DNA from: a virus
Direction: 5' to 3' (one strand)
DNA: 64,000 bases
IMG/VR virus record: IMGVR_UViG_3300005095_000072
Span: 1 to 64,000 of that record
Of this stretch, positions 19,600-28,739 are shown in pieces; within the stretch, counting starts at the first letter, position 1; each line of letters starts with the position of its first letter. The notes under the pieces were generated by a model that was not told the DNA's origin, searched no databases, and was given only the letters and a program-made list of their open reading frames with translations. Both the position numbers and the translations under genes were made by a program.

Positions 19600-19935
19600 A
19601 TGAAGATTATAGCAATGAAGTCATCAACGGTAAAATTTACAGCACCTAAAATCGAAAATATGTTTGTTAGAGAGCTGAAAAGACTTCCTAAGTTAAATAA
19701 AATATTTTCTAATATAGTAACTGTAGTTACTAAAAAGCTTAGAGATAAGACAGAATTTATTTTTAGTTTAAATTTCAATGAAGCTTTGAGTAATGATTTA
19801 AAAGAAAAATATAGTATGCTTGTAAAGATGTCTATCGCTCATAAGCTTAAGGGTAGTAATTACAGAGTAGAGATAAAGCAGATTAAATCTGTTAAGGATA
19901 ATGAGTTAAGATATAAGGTTATAGTGTATATTTAA
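19600..19935 (+). CDS. hypothetical protein (MKIIA N-terminus)
   Basis: AAGGA RBS. Confidence 0.55.
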   Translation: MKIIAMKSSTVKFTAPKIENMFVRELKRLPKLNKIFSNIVTVVTKKLRDKTEFIFSLNFNEALSNDLKEKYSMLVKMSIAHKLKGSNYRVEIKQIKSVKDNELRYKVIVYI

Positions 19936-19945
19936 TTATATCATA

Positions 19946-19978
19946 TTTAAGCTAGTTTTAAGTTTATTATGATATAAT
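19946..19978 (+). promoter_or_regulatory. host sigma70-type promoter (Campylobacterota style)
   Basis: TTTAAGctagtTTTAAG...TGaTATAAT; near-identical copies at 23267 and 31320. Confidence 0.75.
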
Positions 19979-20383
19979 TATAGATGGTTAAAAAGTTAAA
20001 GCTCTTTGGCTATTGTTCTTTTTATGTTTATATTTGTTTAGAGAAAATTATAATATAAGTAGCTTTATATAAAAGTTTATGTAATCGCAATTTATATTCC
20101 ATAATATAGAGTTTCAAACTAAGTGCTATATAAGATTTGTTAGAAAAAATAATATAGAGGGCTGTTAAATGGCTATATAAAGCAAAAGTATTATAAAAGA
20201 GTATCAAAGTATATCTTAGTCATCTATGGCTCTTAGAATCTAGTTTAAGAGTGATTAAGATATATAATCAAGCAAATATAAATATATGTTCTTTAAAAAG
20301 ATAATGTTAAAAATCTAAATATTACTAAAGCTTATAGTATCTCTAATCCTTAAAGATTTTAAAAATTCTAATAAGGAAAGAAA
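19979..20383 (+). ncRNA. structured 5' leader A (homologous to leader B), with boxA-like motifs and the 5' arm of a long-range stem
   Basis: Shares ordered blocks with 31354-31771; 20314-20348 is complementary to 22322-22354. Confidence 0.65.
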
Positions 20384-22297
20384 ATGAAAAAATTTGATAA
20401 ATTTCAAAGAGATATTATAAATTATGAAGTAAAAGAGGATTCATGTCTTACAGTCCAAGCAGGTGCAGGTAGTGGTAAATCAACTACAATGGTCGGAAAG
20501 TGTATGAGATTGATTGAAGATGGATTAAATCCTAGTTCGATATTGATGACTACATTTTCTAATAAGTCTGTGAGAGATTTAAAACATAAATTTAAAGCAA
20601 TGTATCCTAATCAAATAAAGTTACCTCAGATAACAACTTTACATAGTTTTGGTATTTACCTTTTAAAAGAGGTTATAGGTCTTGATTTTAAAGTTATAAA
20701 TGAAAGTCAAGCTACTAAGCTAATGTTAGAGGTGTTAGAAGAGGAAGGCTTTTTTGAAGATGTAGAAGATAAGCAAAAATACCCTTTTGCTAAAACAGTT
20801 CAAGAATATATAGCTGTTTATAAAGAGCAGAACTTAGGGTATCTTGAAATATTGTCAGATAAAGACTTTGATATTTTTCAATATTCAAATGAAGTAACTA
20901 AGGTCTTTAATCGTTTTCAATTCTTAAGAATAGCAAAAGCATATCATAACAAAAAACAAAGTGAAGAGGTCTTAGACTTCGGAGATTTGGTATATGAAGC
21001 TTTTCATATCTTAAGAGAAAATGAAGAGATTTTAGAAGATGTTAGAAAAATGTTTAAGTTTGCTATAATCGACGAAGCTCAAGATATTAATCAAGTTCAA
21101 TGGGATTTGATTATGCTTATCTTTCAAGGAAAGAAACTTGTCGCTGTTGGTGATAGAGTCCAAAATATCTATAATTTTAGATATTCTATGCCTGAGAACT
21201 TTACTCCTGATTATTTAGGTAAATTTTTCTCTAATGTTAAAGAATTAGAGTTAAAATATAACTATAGGAGTAAAAAAGAGATAGTGGAATTTGGAAACAT
21301 TGTGAGAGTCATTGCAGGTAATACTTTGCAGTTGTTACCATATCAAGAGAGCAAACCTGACTCTGTGAGATTTGAAGCTGTATATGATAATGTACAAGAA
21401 GGTAATAAAGTTGCTGAAATCATAAAGGATTTGGTAGAAAATCAAGGTTACGATTATAAAGATATTAGTATAGTTATTCGTGGCAATGCTGTTATTAAAA
21501 CTATAGTTGAACCTTCTCTTATTAAAGAGAAAATCCCTTATCTTATTAAAAATAATACCACTGGGGCAAAAATGACAGATAGGCTTTCAACGGAGTTGTT
21601 TTTTAATGCTTTGTCTGTAGTCTATGATATAAATGATAAGTTTGCTTTTGTGGATTTTTTAAGAGAGTTGGATTATCCTTTGGAAGAAATAGAAAAAGTA
21701 TCAGATTTTCTGCAAAATAATCCTTTAGAAGATGTTACGAGCTTAGATGATGAGTTCATAACAGATTTGTATAATAATTTTGTATCTATGCATGATTTGC
21801 TTGATGGTTATGATAAAGTTGAAATCATCTTATCTGATATATATCATATTATTAAAAATAATGTAAATTCGGTCTATGGTGGGGATTTAAGTTTAGTGTA
21901 TAAATCTATTGTAAATCTTTGGTATAACATCAAGGCTGAAAATACAGAGAGTAGTATAAAAGAGACTCTCCAAGAGATGATAGTAAGGGTAAGAGATTTT
22001 GATGAAGCAAAAGAAGCAAACAAAGTACAGTTAGGAACTATCCATAGTTTTAAAGGATTGGAAAGTAAAGTATCTATAGTTTGTGGATTTACAAGCTTTC
22101 GCCCTAAGAAAGACCCTCTTAATGATGAAGCAAATATGCTTTATGTGCAAGTATCAAGAGCTATGGAAAAGCTATTTATAGTAAATAGCTACAATTTTGT
22201 TAGCAAGAATTTTAAAACAAGTGAAGGTTATATAAATGAGTATCTTTCAAGTGCTGTTTTAAAATATAAAAGGCTTAGAGGTTTGATAAGAGGTTAA
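20384..22297 (+). CDS. UvrD/PcrA/Rep-family SF1A helicase (paralogue 1, acidic)
   Basis: AGAGSGKS, TFSNKS, TLHSFG, IIDEAQD, VGD..Q, NYRS, TIHSFKGLE, YVQVSRA. Confidence 0.9.
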   Translation: MKKFDKFQRDIINYEVKEDSCLTVQAGAGSGKSTTMVGKCMRLIEDGLNPSSILMTTFSNKSVRDLKHKFKAMYPNQIKLPQITTLHSFGIYLLKEVIGLDFKVINESQATKLMLEVLEEEGFFEDVEDKQKYPFAKTVQEYIAVYKEQNLGYLEILSDKDFDIFQYSNEVTKVFNRFQFLRIAKAYHNKKQSEEVLDFGDLVYEAFHILRENEEILEDVRKMFKFAIIDEAQDINQVQWDLIMLIFQGKKLVAVGDRVQNIYNFRYSMPENFTPDYLGKFFSNVKELELKYNYRSKKEIVEFGNIVRVIAGNTLQLLPYQESKPDSVRFEAVYDNVQEGNKVAEIIKDLVENQGYDYKDISIVIRGNAVIKTIVEPSLIKEKIPYLIKNNTTGAKMTDRLSTELFFNALSVVYDINDKFAFVDFLRELDYPLEEIEKVSDFLQNNPLEDVTSLDDEFITDLYNNFVSMHDLLDGYDKVEIILSDIYHIIKNNVNSVYGGDLSLVYKSIVNLWYNIKAENTESSIKETLQEMIVRVRDFDEAKEANKVQLGTIHSFKGLESKVSIVCGFTSFRPKKDPLNDEANMLYVQVSRAMEKLFIVNSYNFVSKNFKTSEGYINEYLSSAVLKYKRLRGLIRG

Positions 22298-22321
22298 AAT
22301 CCTCTTATCATAAATGTATAT

Positions 22322-22354
22322 GATTAGAGTCTATAAGCTTTAGTAATATTTAGA
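22322..22354 (+). other. 3' arm of long-range stem A (inverted repeat of 20314-20348)
   Basis: 24-nt perfect plus 8-nt perfect reverse complement separated by an internal loop. Confidence 0.85.
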
Positions 22355-22365
22355 GAGGTAAAAAG

Positions 22366-23271
22366 ATGAGTGAAAATCAAGATATAAAGCTGTTAGAAAA
22401 AACAGACGATTTACTATGGGTAGTAGAAAATGAAAAGTTTGTCTATGATAGTGGCAACTGGTTTTGTATAGCTGAAAGCTGTGAAGGTTGTGAGTATAAA
22501 GAGGTATGTCAGTATGAAGAAGATGAACTTGAAATATCTCTTATTAAAGCTACAAGACGAAATGTAGGGGCAGGGTTTAAGGAAGATATAGGAGATGAAC
22601 CATCTTCTGAGAAAATAGATATAAATAAATTAGAAAAGTATCAAAATAAACATCTTAAGTGGATTGATAATGAAAAAGGTTATTTACCTATAAGTAATAA
22701 GAGGATATATAAAAAGATTATAAATATAAAAGAAACCAACTATAAAAAGAATGAAATACCTTTCGTTTTATATAGTGAAGATGATGAAGCTTATTATTGT
22801 GTTAGACAAGTTTGTTCTAATTGTAAATATCTTGATAAGTGCAAGGTAGAGTTACAAGAGAAAGACTTTCAAATGTTAGTAGTGTCTAATGATATTCGTA
22901 GTCAAGAACCTAGAGGATTTACAATTTTATCTAAAGAACCAAATTGGGTTTCTGTCTTTGTTAACGACAATCTGAGACAGGAAAAAGGGTTATTAGATTT
23001 TATAGATTTTATTTTTAGAGAAGAGTTAAGGGTAGATGTAAAATCAGACCAAGCTTATTTTACATATCTTGATAATAGATTTTTCTTTGATAGAACTTTA
23101 CTTTATAAATTAAATTACAATTGTTTGAAATATCAAGAAACTGAAAAAGTAGAGTATAAGAGAGAGATAGAAAAGTTAATTAAACACTTTAAAGAAGATT
23201 ATAACAACTTTAAGGAAAATGAGTTAGGAAAAACAGTTAAAATAGCAAATATAAAAAATTTAAAGATTTAA
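22366..23271 (+). CDS. hypothetical protein with two Cys4 clusters
   Basis: CIAESCEGCEYKEVC and CVRQVCSNCKYLDKC. Confidence 0.6.
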   Translation: MSENQDIKLLEKTDDLLWVVENEKFVYDSGNWFCIAESCEGCEYKEVCQYEEDELEISLIKATRRNVGAGFKEDIGDEPSSEKIDINKLEKYQNKHLKWIDNEKGYLPISNKRIYKKIINIKETNYKKNEIPFVLYSEDDEAYYCVRQVCSNCKYLDKCKVELQEKDFQMLVVSNDIRSQEPRGFTILSKEPNWVSVFVNDNLRQEKGLLDFIDFIFREELRVDVKSDQAYFTYLDNRFFFDRTLLYKLNYNCLKYQETEKVEYKREIEKLIKHFKEDYNNFKENELGKTVKIANIKNLKI

Positions 23272-23299
23272 GCTTGTTTTAAAGTTATTATGATATAAT
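23267..23299 (+). promoter_or_regulatory. host sigma70-type promoter upstream of the sigma-like gene
   Basis: TTTAAGcttgtTTTAAAgttattaTGaTATAAT. Confidence 0.7.
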
Positions 23300-23327
23300 T
23301 AAATATCTAAAAATTTTAAGGAAAAAG

Positions 23328-24416
23328 GTGGGTAATATGGCATTATATAAGACTATTGAAATTTTGGAAAAGTCTATATGGGAGCAGTTGAGAATAGCAG
23401 GATTAAAAGAGATAGCAGAACAAGAGAAAATAAATATAGCATCTCTTTTATGGAACTTATCTTCTAAATATTTATCGTATTATATAGAGGATATTAAAGA
23501 AGAACTTTTATATGATATGTTTGTTGATGTATATCTTAGAAAGTTGGAGCAGTTAGAAGAAACTTATAACAAGAAACAAAAATTATACACTTTCTTATAT
23601 AGTATAATGAAGAACTCTCTTATATATCATAGTAATAAAAGGTTACAAGTATTACAAATGCAAAAAGATGTAAATCCTATTGAAGACGAAAGTGAAGGTG
23701 AAGCTTGGGATAGAGTTACAATGGGTAAATCTTCTGTTAAAACTACATCCACTTATGGTGATGATTTATATTATGATAGTTTAATAGAGGATTATACTAA
23801 TCTTCTAAATAGTATTCTCCTTGAAGAGAGAGAAGTAGATAACCCTAAAAAAGTTATAGATAGTCTTAAAAAGAAAATAGATAAGCTTAAAGAACAAAAA
23901 TATAAAGCTGAGGGGTTTATGTCTAATGAAAAAATAGTATCTAGTAAGTTTGCAGATATGTATAGACCTGATTACAATGATATAGATGTAGAGGGAGAAG
24001 AAGATTATAAAAAATATGTAGATATGTTAAAAAATAAGCTGTTAGAGAAAGTTTATAAGTTCAGACAAGAATATATTAAAAGTTGGGATGATAAAAAGTT
24101 AAAAGTCATAGATTTACTAATTAATGATTTTTCTTTTAGTGAGATAGCATATCTGTATGGGGTAACAGGGGTTACTATTTCTAAGTGGGTAGAACAGATT
24201 AAAGATGCTTTTATAGAGGTAGGAGAAGAGTTAGAGTTTTTTACAGATGATAACTCTCTCATAAATTCTATCATAGATTGGCTAGATTGTGTAGATGAAA
24301 GTAAAAACACTAAAAAGATTTTAAGAATAGATATGAGTATCGTAGAACAAAATGTTTGTAATTTGTTTGGAGAAGACTTTCTTAGAGAGATAAAGCAATA
24401 TGAAAACAAAAGGTAA
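23328..24416 (+). CDS. putative phage RNA polymerase sigma factor (ECF-like sigma2 plus sigma4 HTH)
   Basis: ELLYDMFVDVY..LYTFLYSIMKNSLIYH resembles ECF region 2; FSFSEIAYLYGVTGVTISKW is a region-4-like HTH. Confidence 0.6.
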   Translation: MGNMALYKTIEILEKSIWEQLRIAGLKEIAEQEKINIASLLWNLSSKYLSYYIEDIKEELLYDMFVDVYLRKLEQLEETYNKKQKLYTFLYSIMKNSLIYHSNKRLQVLQMQKDVNPIEDESEGEAWDRVTMGKSSVKTTSTYGDDLYYDSLIEDYTNLLNSILLEEREVDNPKKVIDSLKKKIDKLKEQKYKAEGFMSNEKIVSSKFADMYRPDYNDIDVEGEEDYKKYVDMLKNKLLEKVYKFRQEYIKSWDDKKLKVIDLLINDFSFSEIAYLYGVTGVTISKWVEQIKDAFIEVGEELEFFTDDNSLINSIIDWLDCVDESKNTKKILRIDMSIVEQNVCNLFGEDFLREIKQYENKR

Positions 24417-24933
24417 AAGCTTTAAGTGGCAAAAGCTAACTAAAGAAGAGATAAGTAATATTATCTCTTTTATCAATAATAGTGTAGATTTTGTAGATGT
24501 ATTAGAGAAGAACTGTAATATTAGTTTATCTCATAATCAATTACCTACAAACATATTTTGTCCTTTTCATGATGATATAGATGAACCCTCTGCTAGGGTG
24601 TATGCGAATAACTCTGGTATGTATTGTTACGGTTGTGGTAGGAATTATACTTCCTATGATGTTGTGAAAATTGTAAATGGCTTTAAATTCGCTCAGGTGG
24701 TCGATTATTTTAAAAGCGAGTATAATATTGAGATTAATCAAGATTCGCTCTTAGATGGGAATTATGAGCTGAACAGGAGGGTATCTTATTATATCAATAA
24801 GCTAAGAGATAGTGATAAGCAATTATCTAAAAAAGATATAGATAAAATATCTTTTTATCTCAAAAGCTCTTTTGCTAAGGATAGATTATCAGTTAATTTA
24901 AAGAAAACTGTAAATAGTATTATATATCAATAA
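24400..24933 (+). CDS. stand-alone primase CHC2 zinc-binding domain protein
   Basis: CPFHDD..PS..V......YCYGCG. Confidence 0.8.
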   Translation: MKTKGKSFKWQKLTKEEISNIISFINNSVDFVDVLEKNCNISLSHNQLPTNIFCPFHDDIDEPSARVYANNSGMYCYGCGRNYTSYDVVKIVNGFKFAQVVDYFKSEYNIEINQDSLLDGNYELNRRVSYYINKLRDSDKQLSKKDIDKISFYLKSSFAKDRLSVNLKKTVNSIIYQ

Positions 24934-24944
24934 AAGGTGGGTAG

Positions 24945-26708
24945 ATGAAGTGCGACATTAATTTAGTAAGCTTAGTTCATTTAGATTTGTTAGAAGATGT
25001 TGAATATAGAAATGCACTTATAAAAAGCGAAGATAGAATAAAAGAAACTATATGTAAAAAAGTTCCTTATGATGGATTATTTAGAAAAGAGCTATTAGAA
25101 AAAAGTAAAACTTTCAAATGGTTAAAAGATGTTGAAACTATTTTGATACATAATACAAATGGAGAAGTTACTGACGAAGATTTTTTAATGGAGTTCGCAG
25201 ATAATCTGTTAGATGAAGCTTTGGAAATAAGTAAAGATTTAGTAGGAATTGAAGAGGATTTACCTTTAATAGCACTAGATTTAGAAACAACTGGGTTAGA
25301 TACTTCTGTTACAAGTGAAGGTGGAGAACTAAAAATAAAATCTGAAATTGTAGGAGTCTGTTTAGCTAGTTCATCAGATAGAGGTTATTATCTACCTGTA
25401 ATGCATACAGAAGAGGATGGGGTTAAGAACTTAGATTTAAAAGCTGTATTAAAGATGTTACAGTATTTAGTTGATAACTCTTTTATTATTTATCATAATT
25501 ATTACTATGATGGTAGTATCTTAGCTAATAATAAAATTAGATTGAATTATAACTATGCTGACACTCTTCTCATTGCAGATAGTATAGGTATGAAAGAATG
25601 GGACGGTGTTTTTGGGATAGGATTGAAGTTCTTATCTCAATATTGGTTAGATAGAAAAATGTTAGAGATACACGAGATGTTAGGTAGAAAAGATATTGTT
25701 ATGTTTAACTCTTTAGCTAGTAATGACGCTGTTGTTTATGGAGCAAGTGATGCTATGAACACCTATGGGTTATTTGAAGTAATGGTGTTAAATGCTGATG
25801 ATGAAGATAACCCTTATATATTTAATAAAACTGCTATGAAGTTAGATGTTAAGACTTTAAATCATATAATTTCAATGTTTAGGTGGGGATTACCTATTGA
25901 TTATGAAGCTCTTAAAAGAAGTATATACACTTTAGAAAGACGGATTATGATTATGCAAAGGGTTTATGCTGATTATGAAATAACTGATGGGTATTCTATT
26001 TCAAGTGCAGAACAAGTTAATTTTATGTTAGGTAAATTTTTCTCTGATAGATATTTAGAGAGATATGGAATGGAGCTAACTGTTGATTCTGATTTGAACT
26101 CTAAAGTTATGAAAGATTTGAAAAAGAAACTATTTGATGATTTTGGATTAGAGTTAAAAATAAAGAAACTAAAGAACTCGGAAAAGTTACAGTTCGCAAC
26201 TAGAAAAATAGGAAAAAGTGGAGTACCTGTTTTAGTGTGGGTGCAAAATAATATAGATAAGTGGGATTTTATAGACGAAGACGAAAGAAATGATGTTTAT
26301 TGGCTTTGTAAATTAATTGAAAATTATAGAAGTATGATAACTGAACAAGGTCGTCTTGGGAAGATGTATCGTTATGCTTATAATGATAGTAACAATATGG
26401 TTAGAGTTGGAATTAAACTTAACTTCAACGGGGCTGATACAAAAAGACTAAGTAATATGAGTGGAAAAGGCTCTGATAGAATTAGCTTGAATATTACTAA
26501 AACTGGGAAAGTAAATGCTAAGTTTATAGCAGGAGATGGTATCTGTGGTATAAATGCACAAGGTGTTCCCTCAACTCCTCATAAAACTATTAAAGCTAAA
26601 CGGCTGAAAGTTTTACCTGATGATATGCTTGATTATCTTTCTGAGGAATACTCTTTATTAGATGAATATCACAAAGATTTGTTGATAAATATATCTGCTA
26701 AGAAGTAA
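24945..26708 (+). CDS. family A DNA polymerase, N-terminal half (3'-5' exonuclease plus thumb)
   Basis: DLETTGL, HNYYYD, DTLL, YGASDA exonuclease motifs; DTKRLS..INAQGVP (TGRLS/NLQNIP equivalents); stops before motifs A-C. Confidence 0.8.
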   Translation: MKCDINLVSLVHLDLLEDVEYRNALIKSEDRIKETICKKVPYDGLFRKELLEKSKTFKWLKDVETILIHNTNGEVTDEDFLMEFADNLLDEALEISKDLVGIEEDLPLIALDLETTGLDTSVTSEGGELKIKSEIVGVCLASSSDRGYYLPVMHTEEDGVKNLDLKAVLKMLQYLVDNSFIIYHNYYYDGSILANNKIRLNYNYADTLLIADSIGMKEWDGVFGIGLKFLSQYWLDRKMLEIHEMLGRKDIVMFNSLASNDAVVYGASDAMNTYGLFEVMVLNADDEDNPYIFNKTAMKLDVKTLNHIISMFRWGLPIDYEALKRSIYTLERRIMIMQRVYADYEITDGYSISSAEQVNFMLGKFFSDRYLERYGMELTVDSDLNSKVMKDLKKKLFDDFGLELKIKKLKNSEKLQFATRKIGKSGVPVLVWVQNNIDKWDFIDEDERNDVYWLCKLIENYRSMITEQGRLGKMYRYAYNDSNNMVRVGIKLNFNGADTKRLSNMSGKGSDRISLNITKTGKVNAKFIAGDGICGINAQGVPSTPHKTIKAKRLKVLPDDMLDYLSEEYSLLDEYHKDLLINISAKK

Positions 26709-26722
26709 AAAAGTAGGAAAAG

Positions 26723-28720
26723 ATGAAACGACTTAAAAAGGCAAAAAGAAACACACTTATAAAAATTGATGGTGTTACCTTAGATAAATATCAAAGTAAA
26801 GTTTATAAGAAAAATATTGATAATAATGAAGCACTTATAATTCAAGCAGTGGCAGGAGCAGGTAAATCTACTACAATGATATATAAAGCTTATAGGTATA
26901 TTGTTAAAGATAAGGTAGAACCTGAAAAAATATTATTAACAACTTTTAGTAATAAATCTGCTAGAGATTTAAAGAATAAATTTAAAAAGGTTGCTAGAGG
27001 AAAGATAACAGGAAGTCCTATTATCACAACTATTCATTCTTTTGGTATTCATATTATTAAAAAATATTTAGGTAATACAACTCCTATCATATTATCTGAG
27101 TGGAAGTCAATATTACTTATAAGAGAGATAGCAGATGATATAGGTTTATTTGTAACAGAAGACGATATACCATTAAAAAAGAAAGAGCAAACTGTAATAG
27201 CTAGAAAAATCTATGAAGCTTTAGACTATTTAAAATCTAATATGATAATAAATAGTATTGATAAGTTCAAGGAAAAAGACTTTAATATTCACGATTACAA
27301 AAACTATGAAGCTTATTTTACTTCTATAGCTTTTAATGAAGTTGCATACAGGTATGAAAAGCAAAAAGAAAAGTTAAAGATGTATGATTACCACGATTTA
27401 GTTTTTAAGATATATTCTATATTAGTTCATCAACCTACAATATTGAAAAAAGTCAAAAAAGATTTAGAAGTATTTATTATAGATGAAGCACAAGATTTAG
27501 ACAGTTCTCAATGGGCTATGCTGTTGCTGTTAGCTAAAGGAAAAAAGCTCATAGCTGTTGGAGATAAAATGCAGAACATATATAATTTTAGATATTCTGT
27601 ACCTCATAATTTTACTGTAGAGTATTTATCAAAACATTTCAAAAAAGTTCATAAGTTACCTTTGGTAAATAATTATAGAAGTACAAAAAATATAGTAAAT
27701 GTTTCTAATTTAGTCCGTAAGTTATATAAGGATGAGTTAGAAGCTGTAGCTATAAAAAGCAAAGAACAGAACTCTGTTAAGATAATATATGCTAGAAGTA
27801 ATATCCAAGAGGGTAAATTAATAACTGACAATATAAAAAGATTGAGAAAAGAGGGGTATAACTATAAAGATATAACTATCATCTGTAGGAGTAATAGTTA
27901 TATAAAAACTGTAGTTGAACCTGCTTTAGTTAGAGACAATCTACCATATAATATTTTAACTAAGTCTGTCGCTAAGAAACTAACAGATAAAGTATCTAAT
28001 CAAATATACTTCAATATTTTATCATTAATAGTTAATCCAAATGATTTTACAGCTTTAGCAGACTTATCTGCTTATATTAGAGATTGTGGGGAGAAATTTC
28101 AAAACGATTTAACTAAACAATTATTAAAGTATGGTGATATAAGGAAAGTTAGATTTGATACTAAACAGGCTAAATATAAGCTAGATAAAGTAATAAAAGT
28201 ATATCAGTATATATTTGCTATAAGAAAGAATTTAAGGTCTGTAAATGAAATGCACAAAGCTTTAGATGTTATATCTTATTTAGTTCGCTCAGAGTTCAAG
28301 GAAGATATATTATCAAAGAAAGAACAAGATACTATTGAAAAGGTTATTACTAATTGGGTTAATTATTATGCTAAGGACGGCATAGTAGATGTATTTGAGA
28401 ACTTAAATCAAGTACTATTCGAGATAGATAGTTTTGATGAAGACGAAGAAGTGGATAAAGTTAAGGTAGGAACTATTCATTCTCAAAAAGGACTTGATAA
28501 TCCTGTTTCTATTGTATCAGGCTTTAATACATATAAGCCAAGATCAGACCCTTTAAATGATGAGTGCAATATGTTATATGTACAGTTATCTCGTGCAGTA
28601 GATAAACTAATAATAATAGTTTCAGATAAGTATGTCTTAAAAGATGGAACTGTGTTAAATGGTAATATATTAGCTCCTATGAAAAAGATATTAGATGTCG
28701 TTTATTTTAATAAACAGTAA
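26723..28720 (+). CDS. UvrD/PcrA/Rep-family SF1A helicase (paralogue 2, basic)
   Basis: AVAGAGKS, TFSNKS, IIDEAQD, NYRS, TIHSQKG, YVQLSRA. Confidence 0.9.
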   Translation: MKRLKKAKRNTLIKIDGVTLDKYQSKVYKKNIDNNEALIIQAVAGAGKSTTMIYKAYRYIVKDKVEPEKILLTTFSNKSARDLKNKFKKVARGKITGSPIITTIHSFGIHIIKKYLGNTTPIILSEWKSILLIREIADDIGLFVTEDDIPLKKKEQTVIARKIYEALDYLKSNMIINSIDKFKEKDFNIHDYKNYEAYFTSIAFNEVAYRYEKQKEKLKMYDYHDLVFKIYSILVHQPTILKKVKKDLEVFIIDEAQDLDSSQWAMLLLLAKGKKLIAVGDKMQNIYNFRYSVPHNFTVEYLSKHFKKVHKLPLVNNYRSTKNIVNVSNLVRKLYKDELEAVAIKSKEQNSVKIIYARSNIQEGKLITDNIKRLRKEGYNYKDITIICRSNSYIKTVVEPALVRDNLPYNILTKSVAKKLTDKVSNQIYFNILSLIVNPNDFTALADLSAYIRDCGEKFQNDLTKQLLKYGDIRKVRFDTKQAKYKLDKVIKVYQYIFAIRKNLRSVNEMHKALDVISYLVRSEFKEDILSKKEQDTIEKVITNWVNYYAKDGIVDVFENLNQVLFEIDSFDEDEEVDKVKVGTIHSQKGLDNPVSIVSGFNTYKPRSDPLNDECNMLYVQLSRAVDKLIIIVSDKYVLKDGTVLNGNILAPMKKILDVVYFNKQ

Positions 28721-28739
28721 AAACAATAAAGGAAAGAAG

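Noticed and set aside
26560-26708. Split intein or intron at the end of the PolA N-half
   Set aside because: No intein block A/B motifs; only 14 nt separate it from the next gene, leaving no room for an intron.
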